A DNA stretch of 31,732 nucleotides from Candidatus Hermodarchaeota archaeon (GCA_016840135.1 JAEOSX010000007.1:1-31732), one strand, 5' to 3'. Shown: positions 1 to 10,110, counted from the first letter of the stretch. The notes: generated from the letters alone by a model not told the origin. Numbers and translations are program-made.

Positions 1-843
1 CGGACAGCAATACACGAAGTCATGGAACAACACTCTGTTAGTATAGCCAAGGCTGGTATTGTTGCAACGTTGAATGCGCGTACTGCGATTTTGGCTGCAG
101 CAAATCCTGTGTTGGGTCGTTATGTTGCTGAGCGACCGTTTAATGAGAATGTGAATTTACCTGTTCCATTGTTGTCGCGGTTTGATCTTATTTTTACGTT
201 GACGGATCAACCCGAGGCTGAACGGGATGAGCGGATGGCGGCTCATATTATCGAGCTTCACAAACGCCGCGATATTCCGAGGGAGCCCCCCATTTCAATG
301 GATATTCTACGCAAGTATATTGCTCATGCTCGACGGGAGGTCAGACCTAATCTTACCGATGAGGCTTTGAAGGTGTTGAAGGATTTCTACCTACAGATGC
401 GTAAGATGGGAGAGAAGGAGAACGCTCCGGTCCCAATTACTGCTCGGCAATTGGAGTCTCTCATTCGTTTGGCTGAGGCTCACGCGAAGATGGCGCTGCG
501 TGAAAAAGTGCTAGCAGATGACGCCCAATCAGCCATCCGGCTGGTTCACATATCACTCAGACAGGTTGGTATAGACCCAGAAACTGGACAGTTCGACATT
601 GATTCCATTGTGGTCGGTCGACCCAAATCTCAAAGCGATAAAATCCAATCTATTCTCAAGATGATTCGTGAGTTGCAAGAGGAGATTGGTGGTGCGGTGC
701 CCATGGAGAAGTTAGAGCAGCGCGCTGAACTAGAGGGAATATCTCGCGAGTTTCTTCAACGTGCAATAATTCAGCTTCGAGACAAGGAAGGACTAATCTT
801 TGAGCCGAGGCCTGGAATGCTCAAATACATCAAGAGTAGCTAG
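1..843 (+). CDS. mcm: MCM replicative helicase, C-terminal part (5' end outside window)
   Basis: Frame 1 is open from base 1 (RTAIHEVMEQHSVSIAKAGI...), matching the MCM AIHEAMEQQ-ISIAKAGI block. It continues through SRFDLIF (arginine-finger region) and a winged-helix-like C-terminal tail. Stop TAG at 841-843. Confidence 0.9.
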   Translation, partial: RTAIHEVMEQHSVSIAKAGIVATLNARTAILAAANPVLGRYVAERPFNENVNLPVPLLSRFDLIFTLTDQPEAERDERMAAHIIELHKRRDIPREPPISMDILRKYIAHARREVRPNLTDEALKVLKDFYLQMRKMGEKENAPVPITARQLESLIRLAEAHAKMALREKVLADDAQSAIRLVHISLRQVGIDPETGQFDIDSIVVGRPKSQSDKIQSILKMIRELQEEIGGAVPMEKLEQRAELEGISREFLQRAIIQLRDKEGLIFEPRPGMLKYIKSS

Positions 844-881
844 TAAATAGGTGGGAACTAGCAATAGAAAGTATTAGTGAT

Positions 882-3800
882 TTGCCTCTACCAGATAAGG
901 TAAAATCGTTCATCATGAAACGAGGCATAACGACGCTCTTCCCCCCTCAAATAAAAGCAATACAAGTTGGAGCTCTCGAAGGAAAACACATGGTTTTAGC
1001 GATTCCCACGGCTTCAGGGAAAACGCTTGTCGCAGAACTCTGTATGCTAAAAACAATATTGGAAAAAGGGCTCAAGGCAATCTACTTAACTCCTCTTCGG
1101 GCTTTGGCCTCTGAAAAGTACGATGAATTCCTCATGTTTGAGGAACTAGGCGTGAAAGTTGGAATAACCACGGGGGATTACGATTCTGCTGATGAAAAAC
1201 TAGGAGTTTACGATCTCCTTGTCTGTACTAATGAACGGGCAGACTCGCTGCTCCGCCACCAGGCTAGCTGGTTGTCTCAGATTGGTGTCGTTGTTGCCGA
1301 CGAGGTCCACCTAATCAACGATATAAGCCGAGGACCAACCTTGGAGGTTGTTCTTGTCAGGTTGAGGCAGGTTGCACCAAAGGCTCAAATCCTTGCACTC
1401 AGTGCAACCGTGGGTAATGCGGATGAACTTGCCGCATGGTTCAGGGGAGAAACAGTAACGAGTGATTGGCGTCCTGTGAAACTTCGGGAGGGTGTGTATC
1501 ACGAGGGAAGAGTGAGGTTTGCCGATAGTGATGAAGAAAGATACTCGCCTGTCTCGTCGTTCCCAATTGGGGACATCACGCGCCAAGTGCTCCGCGACCA
1601 AGGACAGCTTCTCATCTTCCTTAACACTAGGAAATCAGCAATGAACACAGCCCAGCGACTTAGTCCTCTCATTTCACGTTTTTTGTCCAAGTACGAGCGA
1701 AGTGAACTAGATACTATCGCGAAACGCATTCAACAAACGGGTGAAGTCACCCAAGTAACAGATAAACTGGCTCGACTTGTTAGCACCGGCGTTGCATTCC
1801 ATCATGCAGGCCTCCGACATGCCGAACGAAAACTCGTAGAAGATGCATTCCGACAGACACTAATCAAAGCAGTTTGCTGCACTCCGACACTTTGTCTTTC
1901 TCCTGAAACGAAAATATGGCATGGAGTTAGAGAAACAGAGGTGCGTGATTTTGATATATCTACTCCCCTCTTTGCACTTTCTAAAGATACCCTGATTCAG
2001 ATGAATGCGGTTGATGTTTGTAGATTAACTAATACTTCACCACTTATCGAGATTACATCAGTTTCAGGATATTCAATAAGAGTCACTCCGAACCATAGAG
2101 TGTTAGTTAAGCGAGATGGCAAATCAATAGTTATACCTGCTTCGAAGATAGTGAAAACAGATAGGATAGCCACAGTTGGAAAACTTTCTCTCGAATACAG
2201 CCGCTCCCTACGTGTGGGGGACTTTGTATTGGATAATAGGACTGAATCTGCTCAGGAAATAATCACACCGAAGATAGCGTATTTTATTGGTATGATGATT
2301 GGTGACGGTCATTCTGGTGCAGAAACAGAGGGCGAATCGGTTCAGTACAAAGGCTCGCCTTCAATAGTCAGTACACACGAGGAAGTCTTTGAATCTGTTG
2401 AACCGGTCTGCTTCCAGTTAGGCGTTTCCTACAGGCGTTCGATAGACTCGTACGGTACTCCTGTGCTCATTCTAGGGAAGAACAATTGGTTTAGAGAGTT
2501 TCTCGTTCGATGTGGTGTGGAGAAAGGAGACAGGAAACATATTTGCGATGCACTATTAGAAATGGATGAAGCGTGTATTGTTCAGCTTCTGCGTGGACTG
2601 TTTGATTCTGATGGGTATGTCATCAAGGACCGGGCAATTGGGTTTGGCAATACATCCGAAAAACTTGTCAGGCAAATACAAAGGCTACTCTTGAGATTCG
2701 GAATAGTAAGTCGAACCAGAAAGAGGAAAGCGACAACACAAACAATATACGGAAGAAAATACGGAAAGAAACCCTTTTTCGAGTTAATCGTTGCTCAAAA
2801 CCAGAGTCTGCTCAATTTCACGAGGTACTTGGGCTTTAACCTTCCTAGAAAACAACGGGATCTTAACTCGTTGATGTTTAGGGTAAATTCGAATGTCTTG
2901 TTTGTTTCTTGTCAAATTTGTAATTATCGAATATATCGCTCGCTATTTTCGGGGCGCACTCTACATCAAAAGGAGTGGGGCAAAATAAAACGCTCTGTAA
3001 TTCGCCTCTTGGGTGAGAAAGGTGAGTTAGGGTCTAGAGAGATTACAAGGATTCTAGGGGAAGCTCCTAGGAAGAATGAGATTCGGCTAAACCATCATTA
3101 TGAATTAATCACAAAAAGAAGGGTTGGGCATAGAAGCGGCACCGAATGGTTTTGGAGTCTTAATCCCATTGGAAGATGGATTTTCACTAATTTTCTTGTA
3201 GATGGGAATAACTTTGAGAAATTCTTCGGCTTAGAAAGATGTCCTTTATGTCAAGCGCAATTGGAACGCGTATTGAGAGGAACTTGGCGTTCAAAGGATG
3301 TTGATGGTGATATCTTCTGGGATGCTATTCGTGATTTAAAGCCGGTGTCTCTGTGCCCCATTGTGTATGATGTAGTTCTCCCAAATTCGCCAGAAAATAA
3401 CCATATGTTTGTAGCTAATGGGTTCATTGTTCACAATTCTGCTGGAATTAATATGCCAGCAAGGTTGGTTGTTATTAATGAGTATCGTCGATTCGATAGA
3501 ACTGAGGGTTACCAACCAATTCCGGTTTTAGAGTATAAACAGATGGCTGGTCGTGCTGGGCGTCCTAAATACGATAAAACAGGAACTTCTATTCTCATCG
3601 CTAGGCGTCAGGAAGAGGTCGCCTTCCTGACGGATAATTATATCCTAGGAGATGCAGAAGATATTGTTTCAAAGCTAGCCAGTGAATCCGCTTTACGCAG
3701 CCACATACTCTCAACTATTGCCTTAGGGTATGCCTCCAGTAAAGAGGATATCATGGGTTTCATTAGGAAAACCTTCTTTGGTCATCAACGTGACCCAGAA

Positions 3801-4637
3801 GAAGTCACCTACATGGTGGACTTGATTGTTAGATTTCTACAAGATGAAGCTCTCTTAACGCGCAAGGGTAACCTGTTGCTTGCAACGTCCTTTGGGAGGC
3901 GCGTTTCTCAACTTTATATCGATCCAAAGTCTGCTGTAATCATTAGGGATGGATTATTGACAGCTTCACGGGATGCGACAGAAGTAACTCACTTCTCCTA
4001 TCTACATCTGATTTGTCATACACCAGACCAATTTAGTATGTACCTCCGCAGAGGCGAAGAAGAAAGTACTCACGATTATGTTAGCGAGCATATCGAAGAG
4101 TTCTTAGTACCTGTACCAAATCCTCGTTATAATCGTACAAACTACGAATTTTTCCTTGCAGAAGTTAAAACAGCACTTCTTGCGAATGGGTGGATTGAAG
4201 AAATATCTGAAGAAAAACTCACTAGTCAATTCAACATAGGTTCTGGTGATTTAAGACGACTTGTTGATACTCAGGTTTGGCTTCTCTATGCTTGTCGGGA
4301 AATCGCTCGGGTCTTTAAGTACAAGTCACTCCTCGCTGATTTAGAACAATTAGAGCTTCGCGTGAGGTACGGCGTAAGAAGGGAATTAGCTGAGCTAGTC
4401 GAATTAAAAGGCATAGGACGTGTTCGTGGCCGGCTCCTTTTCCGTAATGGGTTTGTTAACAAGGATCGAATTCGAGATGCTCCACTTTCCAAACTAGCAG
4501 CTGTGCCCACAATAGGTTCAGAAATTGCGCGTTCCATCAAAGTCCAATGCGGTGGGGTGATTGCACCTGCAGAGGAGCAATCGTTAAAGGAATCTTCCAG
4601 CTCAACAACAAGACAGACGCGGCTTTCCCTAGAATGA
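882..4637 (+). CDS. hel308: Hel308/Ski2-like superfamily-2 DNA helicase interrupted by a large intein
   Basis: Walker A AIPTASGKT, DEVH box (VADEVHL), SAT, motif V split as TPTL|intein|SAGINMPAR, motif VI QMAGRAGRP. C-terminal Hel308-type ratchet/HhH region. The only canonical start in frame is TTG at 882. Confidence 0.88.
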   Translation: MPLPDKVKSFIMKRGITTLFPPQIKAIQVGALEGKHMVLAIPTASGKTLVAELCMLKTILEKGLKAIYLTPLRALASEKYDEFLMFEELGVKVGITTGDYDSADEKLGVYDLLVCTNERADSLLRHQASWLSQIGVVVADEVHLINDISRGPTLEVVLVRLRQVAPKAQILALSATVGNADELAAWFRGETVTSDWRPVKLREGVYHEGRVRFADSDEERYSPVSSFPIGDITRQVLRDQGQLLIFLNTRKSAMNTAQRLSPLISRFLSKYERSELDTIAKRIQQTGEVTQVTDKLARLVSTGVAFHHAGLRHAERKLVEDAFRQTLIKAVCCTPTLCLSPETKIWHGVRETEVRDFDISTPLFALSKDTLIQMNAVDVCRLTNTSPLIEITSVSGYSIRVTPNHRVLVKRDGKSIVIPASKIVKTDRIATVGKLSLEYSRSLRVGDFVLDNRTESAQEIITPKIAYFIGMMIGDGHSGAETEGESVQYKGSPSIVSTHEEVFESVEPVCFQLGVSYRRSIDSYGTPVLILGKNNWFREFLVRCGVEKGDRKHICDALLEMDEACIVQLLRGLFDSDGYVIKDRAIGFGNTSEKLVRQIQRLLLRFGIVSRTRKRKATTQTIYGRKYGKKPFFELIVAQNQSLLNFTRYLGFNLPRKQRDLNSLMFRVNSNVLFVSCQICNYRIYRSLFSGRTLHQKEWGKIKRSVIRLLGEKGELGSREITRILGEAPRKNEIRLNHHYELITKRRVGHRSGTEWFWSLNPIGRWIFTNFLVDGNNFEKFFGLERCPLCQAQLERVLRGTWRSKDVDGDIFWDAIRDLKPVSLCPIVYDVVLPNSPENNHMFVANGFIVHNSAGINMPARLVVINEYRRFDRTEGYQPIPVLEYKQMAGRAGRPKYDKTGTSILIARRQEEVAFLTDNYILGDAEDIVSKLASESALRSHILSTIALGYASSKEDIMGFIRKTFFGHQRDPEEVTYMVDLIVRFLQDEALLTRKGNLLLATSFGRRVSQLYIDPKSAVIIRDGLLTASRDATEVTHFSYLHLICHTPDQFSMYLRRGEEESTHDYVSEHIEEFLVPVPNPRYNRTNYEFFLAEVKTALLANGWIEEISEEKLTSQFNIGSGDLRRLVDTQVWLLYACREIARVFKYKSLLADLEQLELRVRYGVRRELAELVELKGIGRVRGRLLFRNGFVNKDRIRDAPLSKLAAVPTIGSEIARSIKVQCGGVIAPAEEQSLKESSSSTTRQTRLSLE
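1893..3437 (+). mobile_element. Intein (515 aa) with LAGLIDADG homing-endonuclease domain, in helicase motif V
   Basis: Begins with Cys (CLSPETKIW) directly after TPTL and ends VHN, followed by +1 Ser (SAGINMPAR). Block B TPNHRVLV. Two LAGLIDADG motifs (YFIGMMIGDGH, LLRGLFDSDGYV). Terminal block VYDVVLP...HMFVANGFIVHN. Confidence 0.88.
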
Positions 4638-4662
4638 ACATGAAGATTGCGAGGCGAACACC

Positions 4663-5724
4663 ATGACCACTGGCTTCTTTTATCATAAGGCATTTCTAAA
4701 ACATGATATGGGTGCGGGTCATCCAGAATGCCCTGAAAGATTGACTGCAGTTATGGAATTCCTTCAGAGGCGTAAGGCTTTCAACGAGGAAAACCTTTGT
4801 CTAGCTTCGCCACGTGCTGCCACTCTTCCCGAATTAGAACGTGTTCATCCAAAGGACTATATCGATTTCATTCGAACTGCATCTGAAAGAGAGAGCCGCT
4901 TTGACGCAGACACTCGTGCATCAAAAGGCTCCTATAACGCTGCTATATTAGCAGCGGGTGCTGGTCTAAAAGCTTGGGAGTCCATTAGCAATGGTGATAT
5001 TGACAATGCTTTTTCTCTAGCTCGACCACCAGGACACCACGCTAATGAAAATCAGGTTCGTGGATTCTGCCTCTTTAACAACGTCGCTGTCGTTGCCAAA
5101 CACATTACTGCAACAGTATCTGACAGCCGTGTTCTTATACTTGATATCGACGCCCACCATGGCAACGGAACACAAGAAATCTTGTACACAGATCCCTCTA
5201 CTCTCTACATTGGTCTCCACCAAGACCCACGAACACTTTATCCAGGCTATTCTGGTTACATAAATGAACTCGGTGAGGGCTCTGGGAAGGGCTACAACAT
5301 AAACATCCCACTTCCTCCTGGCGTTTCTGACTCATCCTTCCTCCAAGCCCTAAACGAAATATTCCCTCCTCTTGCCAAACAATTTCAACCAACTATTATC
5401 CTTGTATCCGCAGGGTATGACGCTCATTTTCGAGACTATCTCACAAACCTTCTACTGAGCACAACTGGCTTCTTCCAAATTTCTCATCTGATAAATGAGG
5501 TTGCCCAAAGAACATGTGATGGGAATGTAATCATGTTCCTCGAAGGTGGTTATGACTTGAAGGCATTATCTGAATCGATCTACAATACTCTAATTCCGAT
5601 GACTGGTGAAGGAAAGATAATTCAAGAAAAGCCGCCAAAGGAAGACCCACGAATACCAAAATACCTAGGGAAACTTCTGACAGAGACCAAAGAAATGCTG
5701 AAGCCCCAATGGGAAATACCGTGA
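4663..5724 (+). CDS. Histone deacetylase / acetoin-utilisation (AcuC/AphA) family deacetylase
   Basis: Motifs ARPPGHHA, DIDAHHGNGTQ, SAGYDAH and EGGY are diagnostic of the Zn-dependent HDAC fold. Confidence 0.85.
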   Translation: MTTGFFYHKAFLKHDMGAGHPECPERLTAVMEFLQRRKAFNEENLCLASPRAATLPELERVHPKDYIDFIRTASERESRFDADTRASKGSYNAAILAAGAGLKAWESISNGDIDNAFSLARPPGHHANENQVRGFCLFNNVAVVAKHITATVSDSRVLILDIDAHHGNGTQEILYTDPSTLYIGLHQDPRTLYPGYSGYINELGEGSGKGYNINIPLPPGVSDSSFLQALNEIFPPLAKQFQPTIILVSAGYDAHFRDYLTNLLLSTTGFFQISHLINEVAQRTCDGNVIMFLEGGYDLKALSESIYNTLIPMTGEGKIIQEKPPKEDPRIPKYLGKLLTETKEMLKPQWEIP

Positions 5725-5752
5725 TGTTGTGAAACCACAAAATGGAAAGTGG

Positions 5753-5859
5753 TGGTGGGACCGCCGGAATTCGAATCCGGGAGCATCTGCATTTCGGAGT
5801 CTCGCGGCATCACGAGCGGGTCCCCAAGCAGACATCCTACCAGGCTAGACCACGGTCCC
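5753..5859 (-). tRNA. tRNA-Pro(GGG) with a 30-nt canonical (37/38) intron; CCA encoded
   Basis: Reverse complement reads GGGACCG-TG-GTCT..GGAT-G-TCTGC-TTGGGG[30 nt]T-GCAGA-TGCTC-CCGGA-TTCGAAT-TCCGG-CGGTCCC-A-CCA. The intron (5792-5821) begins ACCC, complementary to the anticodon. Confidence 0.85.
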
Positions 5860-6016
5860 ACATTTTTTCTTTTAGAATATTCAATTCCTTTAATGCCTTT
5901 CCCAACTGATATTATACTCCTATCGAGGATTGCTATAAACAAAGAAGAAAAGGAGTTTTAAGAACGCTGTATAAGCTAGGACAATATCTTCTTTCAAAAA
6001 TTTAGGAGAAAAAACT

Positions 6017-7219
6017 GTGCCATCGCGTGTTTCCATAGTTAATATCAAAGATGACATTTATGCCGCTGTATGTCAAGCGGTGGAGCTGGCTGGTGGTCTA
6101 GAAATTAACCATGGCGAACGAATACTAATCAAACCGAATATGAGCTGTGGCAAACCATCAGGTTCAGGGCTAGTAACGAATGTTGATGTAGTAGCTGCAG
6201 TAGTGCGTTTAGTACGGGAACGTAGTAAATCAGTGGAGGTCCTTGTAGCAGATTTACCAATTTGTGGCTGGGACCCAGAAGAGACCTATCGATTGATTGG
6301 GATTCGTGAAGCAGTGGAACAGGCTGGTGGGACCTTTGTTGATTTAGCGAAAACTGAAATGGTTAGGGTCAAACTCCCAGGAGCCAGCAAACTGACAAAA
6401 GTTACTATGGCAAAACTTGTTTTGGAAGTTGACGGGATTATTGATGTACCAGTAATTAAGACTCATTTCATGACAGGGCACACAGGAGCTATCAAGAATC
6501 TGAAAGGGTTAACGCAGCAAGACCAACGTACACGAATGCATGTACTAGGCCTCCATGAACCTGTGGTTGATCTATTTGAGAATCTCCTTCCACAAGTGCG
6601 ATATTGTATTGTTGATGGAACAGTCGCTGCAGATGCGGTTAGACCAGCAGGTCCCTATCAAGGACCGACAGCAGGGGATCCTGTTGAATTAAATGTCATT
6701 CTTGCTGGCCGTGATCCCGTAGCAATTGATGCTACAATCGCCCGTCTAATGGGCTTCAAACCTAAGAAACTGAGCATTCTCAAGATGGCATTTGAGAGAG
6801 AGTTGGGTGAACTAGATGACATTGTAATAGTCGGCGACGCGGCAGACACTTTCAAGAGGCTTAGAGGTTCTAGACGCGGTGGACTAATAAGTAAATTACA
6901 AGGTCTGTGGACCTCACGAGTCTTCAATCGACTAACGCACGGTCTAGTTCGACGTTGGTTCGGCTCTGAAGTCGTCACCCGAAAAACCGCAAAGAAAGAA
7001 TTGGAAGATGATGCTTGTGAGGGTGCCATTGAGGTTACCGATGCGTGTAATGGTTGCGGGTTATGCGTGAAAGCCTGTAAACTCGGTAATATCACAATAC
7101 AGGAAGGAAAACCGCTAATTAATATGGATCATTGTGTCCGTTGCTGGATATGTTGCGAAGCCTGCCCTGAAGCGGCGTTAATGATACGTTCAGATTTGAT
7201 TCGCTCCGTTGATTACTAG
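6017..7219 (+). CDS. DUF362-family protein with C-terminal 2x[4Fe-4S] ferredoxin domain
   Basis: The N-terminal ~300 aa resemble the DUF362 family. The C-terminus has CNGCGLCVKAC and CVRCWICCEACP cluster motifs. GTG start. Confidence 0.6.
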   Translation: MPSRVSIVNIKDDIYAAVCQAVELAGGLEINHGERILIKPNMSCGKPSGSGLVTNVDVVAAVVRLVRERSKSVEVLVADLPICGWDPEETYRLIGIREAVEQAGGTFVDLAKTEMVRVKLPGASKLTKVTMAKLVLEVDGIIDVPVIKTHFMTGHTGAIKNLKGLTQQDQRTRMHVLGLHEPVVDLFENLLPQVRYCIVDGTVAADAVRPAGPYQGPTAGDPVELNVILAGRDPVAIDATIARLMGFKPKKLSILKMAFERELGELDDIVIVGDAADTFKRLRGSRRGGLISKLQGLWTSRVFNRLTHGLVRRWFGSEVVTRKTAKKELEDDACEGAIEVTDACNGCGLCVKACKLGNITIQEGKPLINMDHCVRCWICCEACPEAALMIRSDLIRSVDY

Positions 7220-7785
7220 CCTAGCTTCCGTACTTCTATATCTTCGTAGATTGGACCTCTAGGAGTGAGTATGCTCTTCTTTAACTTAACTTCATCAATA
7301 CGGGTAGTACCAAACTCGTAGTTAGCATACTGTTCTAGAATATCAAGAACTGGAAGTAACTGAGCCCGATTAGCGCCTTTACGTGCTCTCGCTACTGTTA
7401 AGTGAGGAGAGTATTTACGCCCCTCAAGGGAGAATCTTCGTCCTCTGAGTTGCTGTCCAAGCAGTTGCTGAAGCTTGATACATTCATCAGCCCCCTTAGA
7501 GACCCCCACCCAAACGACTCGGAGCCGAGTAGGGCGGAAGCAACGTAAACCGCTCAGTTCTAGGTCGAAGGCTGGGAATTTCAGTTCTTGGAAAATCTCT
7601 TTAATATCAGGAATTCGCGCGCTTTCTACATTGCCAAGAAAGTGGAGGGTGAAATGAAGATTCTGTGGCTCAACAAGTTTCAGCCTGGCACGGTTTCTTC
7701 CAAGTTCTTCTTGTATTTTCTCTATGTGGTCAAGGACAGCAGCTCCAGTGATTTCCAGCGCGATGAAACTCCGAATTGCAGTCAA
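7216..7785 (-). CDS. thpR: RNA 2',3'-cyclic phosphodiesterase / 2'-5' RNA ligase (LigT/ThpR, 2H family)
   Basis: Two HxT motifs at the expected spacing (HFTLHFLG and HLTVAR); length of about 190 aa fits the family. Confidence 0.8.
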   Translation of the reverse strand: MTAIRSFIALEITGAAVLDHIEKIQEELGRNRARLKLVEPQNLHFTLHFLGNVESARIPDIKEIFQELKFPAFDLELSGLRCFRPTRLRVVWVGVSKGADECIKLQQLLGQQLRGRRFSLEGRKYSPHLTVARARKGANRAQLLPVLDILEQYANYEFGTTRIDEVKLKKSILTPRGPIYEDIEVRKLG

Positions 7786-7888
7786 AAGAATTCGCCAATT
7801 TCAAATTGATGTCTCTACAACAATGGGGAAGGTTTATATCAATTCCCTATTTATTTGGAGTTAGTTTGCTTTTGGAGGCTCTGACTGT

Positions 7889-9007
7889 TTGAAGGATCGG
7901 AAATCAACGCGTACACGAAAGCAGATTGCCGAAATAACGCGATCCATAGGCGACCCAATGGCAAGTCCAATAACCCCTGCAAAGGAGGTTGTTCTTCGTC
8001 CTGCAGGTTACCCGCTTGAGATTAATGCATCAATCGGAACTCCTGCCTTGAGGATTCGGGATGAAAAACTCTTCACTGCTTATTGTGTTGATCAATGGCA
8101 GGGTATCAAAGTGAAGTGCCATGACTACCTTTTCGATCAGTTATTACTTCCTGACTTTGCCTTTGAAGTTGTTGAAGTCACTCCACCAGAAGCACATATT
8201 GTATCTGACACAAGGGTCCGTCTGATACAGGCAAAAGAGTTCAAACCTTCCCGCGGGCGAAAAATTCTATTTGATGATGTTATTGGACATGAAAGTGCCA
8301 AGATAAAATGTCTGATTATTAAGAAATATATGGAGGACCCTCAAGGCTTCGCTGAATGGGCACCTCGTAAGGTTCTGTTCTATGGATCACCAGGAACAGG
8401 GAAAACAATGATGGCAAAGGCACTAGCATGGGAAACTCAAGTCGAATTCTATTATGTGAAAGCAACCGCTCTCATTGGGCAACATGTAGGGGCTGGTGCT
8501 GATAAAGTGCATAGACTATTCGAAGACGCTACTAGCAGGGGGCCCTGTATTGTCTTCATTGATGAGATTGATTCAATCGGGCTGGACCGGAGTTTTCAGT
8601 CAGTACGCGGCGATGTTACCGAGATAGTTAATTCACTAATCTCCGAGCTCGACCTCATCGAGGAAAGGAACCGAATCGTAGTCATAGCAGCGACAAACAC
8701 GCGCGAAATGCTAGATACCGCGCTACGCAGCAGATTCGAAGAGGAAATCGAGTTCCCGAACCCTTCATACGAGGAAAGGCTCAAAATACTAGAAAAATAT
8801 GCGTCAACACTACCTCTTCCTTTGACGGCGGATCTTAAGGCAATTGCGAAACGAACAGATGGTTTTTCTGGTAGAGATTTGAAGGAGCGAGTGCTAAAAG
8901 GTGCATTACATTATGCTCTCTCTAATAATTTGTCAGAAATCGATGATTCAGCCTTCAAAAGAGTCGCTGTCACCGATTCAGCACAAGATAGGCGTTACTA
9001 CATCTAA
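7889..9007 (+). CDS. Single-domain AAA+ ATPase (archaeal CDC48-related, COG1223-like)
   Basis: Walker A GSPGTGKT, Walker B IVFIDEIDS, second region of homology AATN..LDTALRSRF. TTG start at 7889; ATG at 7958 is an alternative. Confidence 0.75.
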   Translation: MKDRKSTRTRKQIAEITRSIGDPMASPITPAKEVVLRPAGYPLEINASIGTPALRIRDEKLFTAYCVDQWQGIKVKCHDYLFDQLLLPDFAFEVVEVTPPEAHIVSDTRVRLIQAKEFKPSRGRKILFDDVIGHESAKIKCLIIKKYMEDPQGFAEWAPRKVLFYGSPGTGKTMMAKALAWETQVEFYYVKATALIGQHVGAGADKVHRLFEDATSRGPCIVFIDEIDSIGLDRSFQSVRGDVTEIVNSLISELDLIEERNRIVVIAATNTREMLDTALRSRFEEEIEFPNPSYEERLKILEKYASTLPLPLTADLKAIAKRTDGFSGRDLKERVLKGALHYALSNNLSEIDDSAFKRVAVTDSAQDRRYYI

Positions 9008-9062
9008 CTAGACCCAGCAATTATTCAGCGAGGGTAAGCAGTGTTTATAACAGAAGGCATTC

Positions 9063-9665
9063 TTGAAGGAGAGACTGGGTTTGTATGATCGCTGCAAATT
9101 CGAACAGAGGTTTGATGCCAAAGCATGTGTGTTTGTCGGAATGCCAGGGTCCGGTAAATCCATGGGTACAGAGAGCGCAAGAGAGCTAGGTATTCCTGTA
9201 CTCGTTATGGGTGATGTTGTACGAGAAGAAGCAACACGTATGGGTCTGGCGCATACACCGATGACCCTGGGCAAGATTATGATAGGACTCCGACGGAAGT
9301 ATGGGGGCGATGCAATAGCTAACGCGTGCATAGAAAAGTTTAGAAAAATAAACAGTCCCTATGTTGTTATCGAGGGCGCACGCAGTGAAGAGGAAATTAC
9401 CCGATTTCGAGAAGTGTTCAAATCGATGAAAGTTATTGTAGTACATGCATCTCCTCGGACAAGGTTTCAGCGGCTAGTTAAGAGAAAGCGTTCAGACGAT
9501 TCCCTGGTCTGGGAAGATTTTTGTGAGCGAGACCTCCGAGAGTTAGGTGTTGGTATTGGTAGGGTTATTGCGTGTGCGGATGTGATGCTTATTAACGAGG
9601 GTGAAGCATCTGAGCTGAAACAAGAAGTTCTACGCCAGCTTCAAGAAGAGTTTGGGATAGGCTGA
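9063..9665 (+). CDS. P-loop kinase-like protein, UPF0200 / dephospho-CoA-kinase-like family
   Basis: GMPGSGKS P-loop followed by GIPVLVMGDVVREEA and RKRSDD, as in archaeal UPF0200 proteins. The true start is more likely GTG at 9129 (MFVGMPGSGKS) than the listed TTG. Confidence 0.6.
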   Translation: MKERLGLYDRCKFEQRFDAKACVFVGMPGSGKSMGTESARELGIPVLVMGDVVREEATRMGLAHTPMTLGKIMIGLRRKYGGDAIANACIEKFRKINSPYVVIEGARSEEEITRFREVFKSMKVIVVHASPRTRFQRLVKRKRSDDSLVWEDFCERDLRELGVGIGRVIACADVMLINEGEASELKQEVLRQLQEEFGIG

Positions 9666-9672
9666 CACAACG

Positions 9673-10110
9673 GTGATTGTAATCCTTCTTCTTGCAGATG
9701 TAAAAGCAACAGAGAATCCGGAGAGGGTTCGTGAAGCCCTGTTAAACATCTGTCCTGTTGCTAACATAGAAGCCACTAAAGACGAGACAGGCATATATCT
9801 TCTAAAAGGGAGAGCTACAGACATTGAAGCTATCGCCACCCTAGTAAAAAAATTCCGTGAAGCGCGTATATTAGAAGCCGTTCGTCGTGTGTTTCTAAAA
9901 CAAGTGGAAGAAGACGTGTTGATTTTTGGGATTCATCGCCAAGCTGCCTATGTGGGTCGTCTTCATCTTTGTGATCTCGACGATATATCAGCGACTGGAC
10001 CAATACGAGTCGAAATTCGAGCAAAACACCTCCTAGATGTAATCGACTTTATTGCTCCACCCACCTTCAAGGGCAAACCTCAACTTCGGGAAAATCTACG
10101 ACTAGAATAG
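9673..10110 (+). CDS. UPF0201-family (COG1931) putative RNA-binding protein
   Basis: The N-terminus (V.A.V..TENPERV.EAL.NI.P) resembles UPF0201. It lies directly downstream of the UPF0200-like gene. Confidence 0.5.
   Translation: MIVILLLADVKATENPERVREALLNICPVANIEATKDETGIYLLKGRATDIEAIATLVKKFREARILEAVRRVFLKQVEEDVLIFGIHRQAAYVGRLHLCDLDDISATGPIRVEIRAKHLLDVIDFIAPPTFKGKPQLRENLRLE

Noticed and set aside
5622-5961. ORFs 5622-5942(-) and 5749-5961(+)
   Set aside because: Both overlap tRNA-Pro(GGG) and its flanks and show no recognisable protein features.
4286-7095. Antisense ORFs 4286-4693(-), 5017-5392 (several) and 6658-7095(-)
   Set aside because: They are shadow ORFs inside the well-supported Hel308, HDAC and DUF362 coding regions.
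7216-7219. Overlapping convergent stop codons (CTAG at 7216-7219; TTAA at 13318-13321)
   Set aside because: Real, but this is a trivial consequence of compact gene packing, with no evidence of function.
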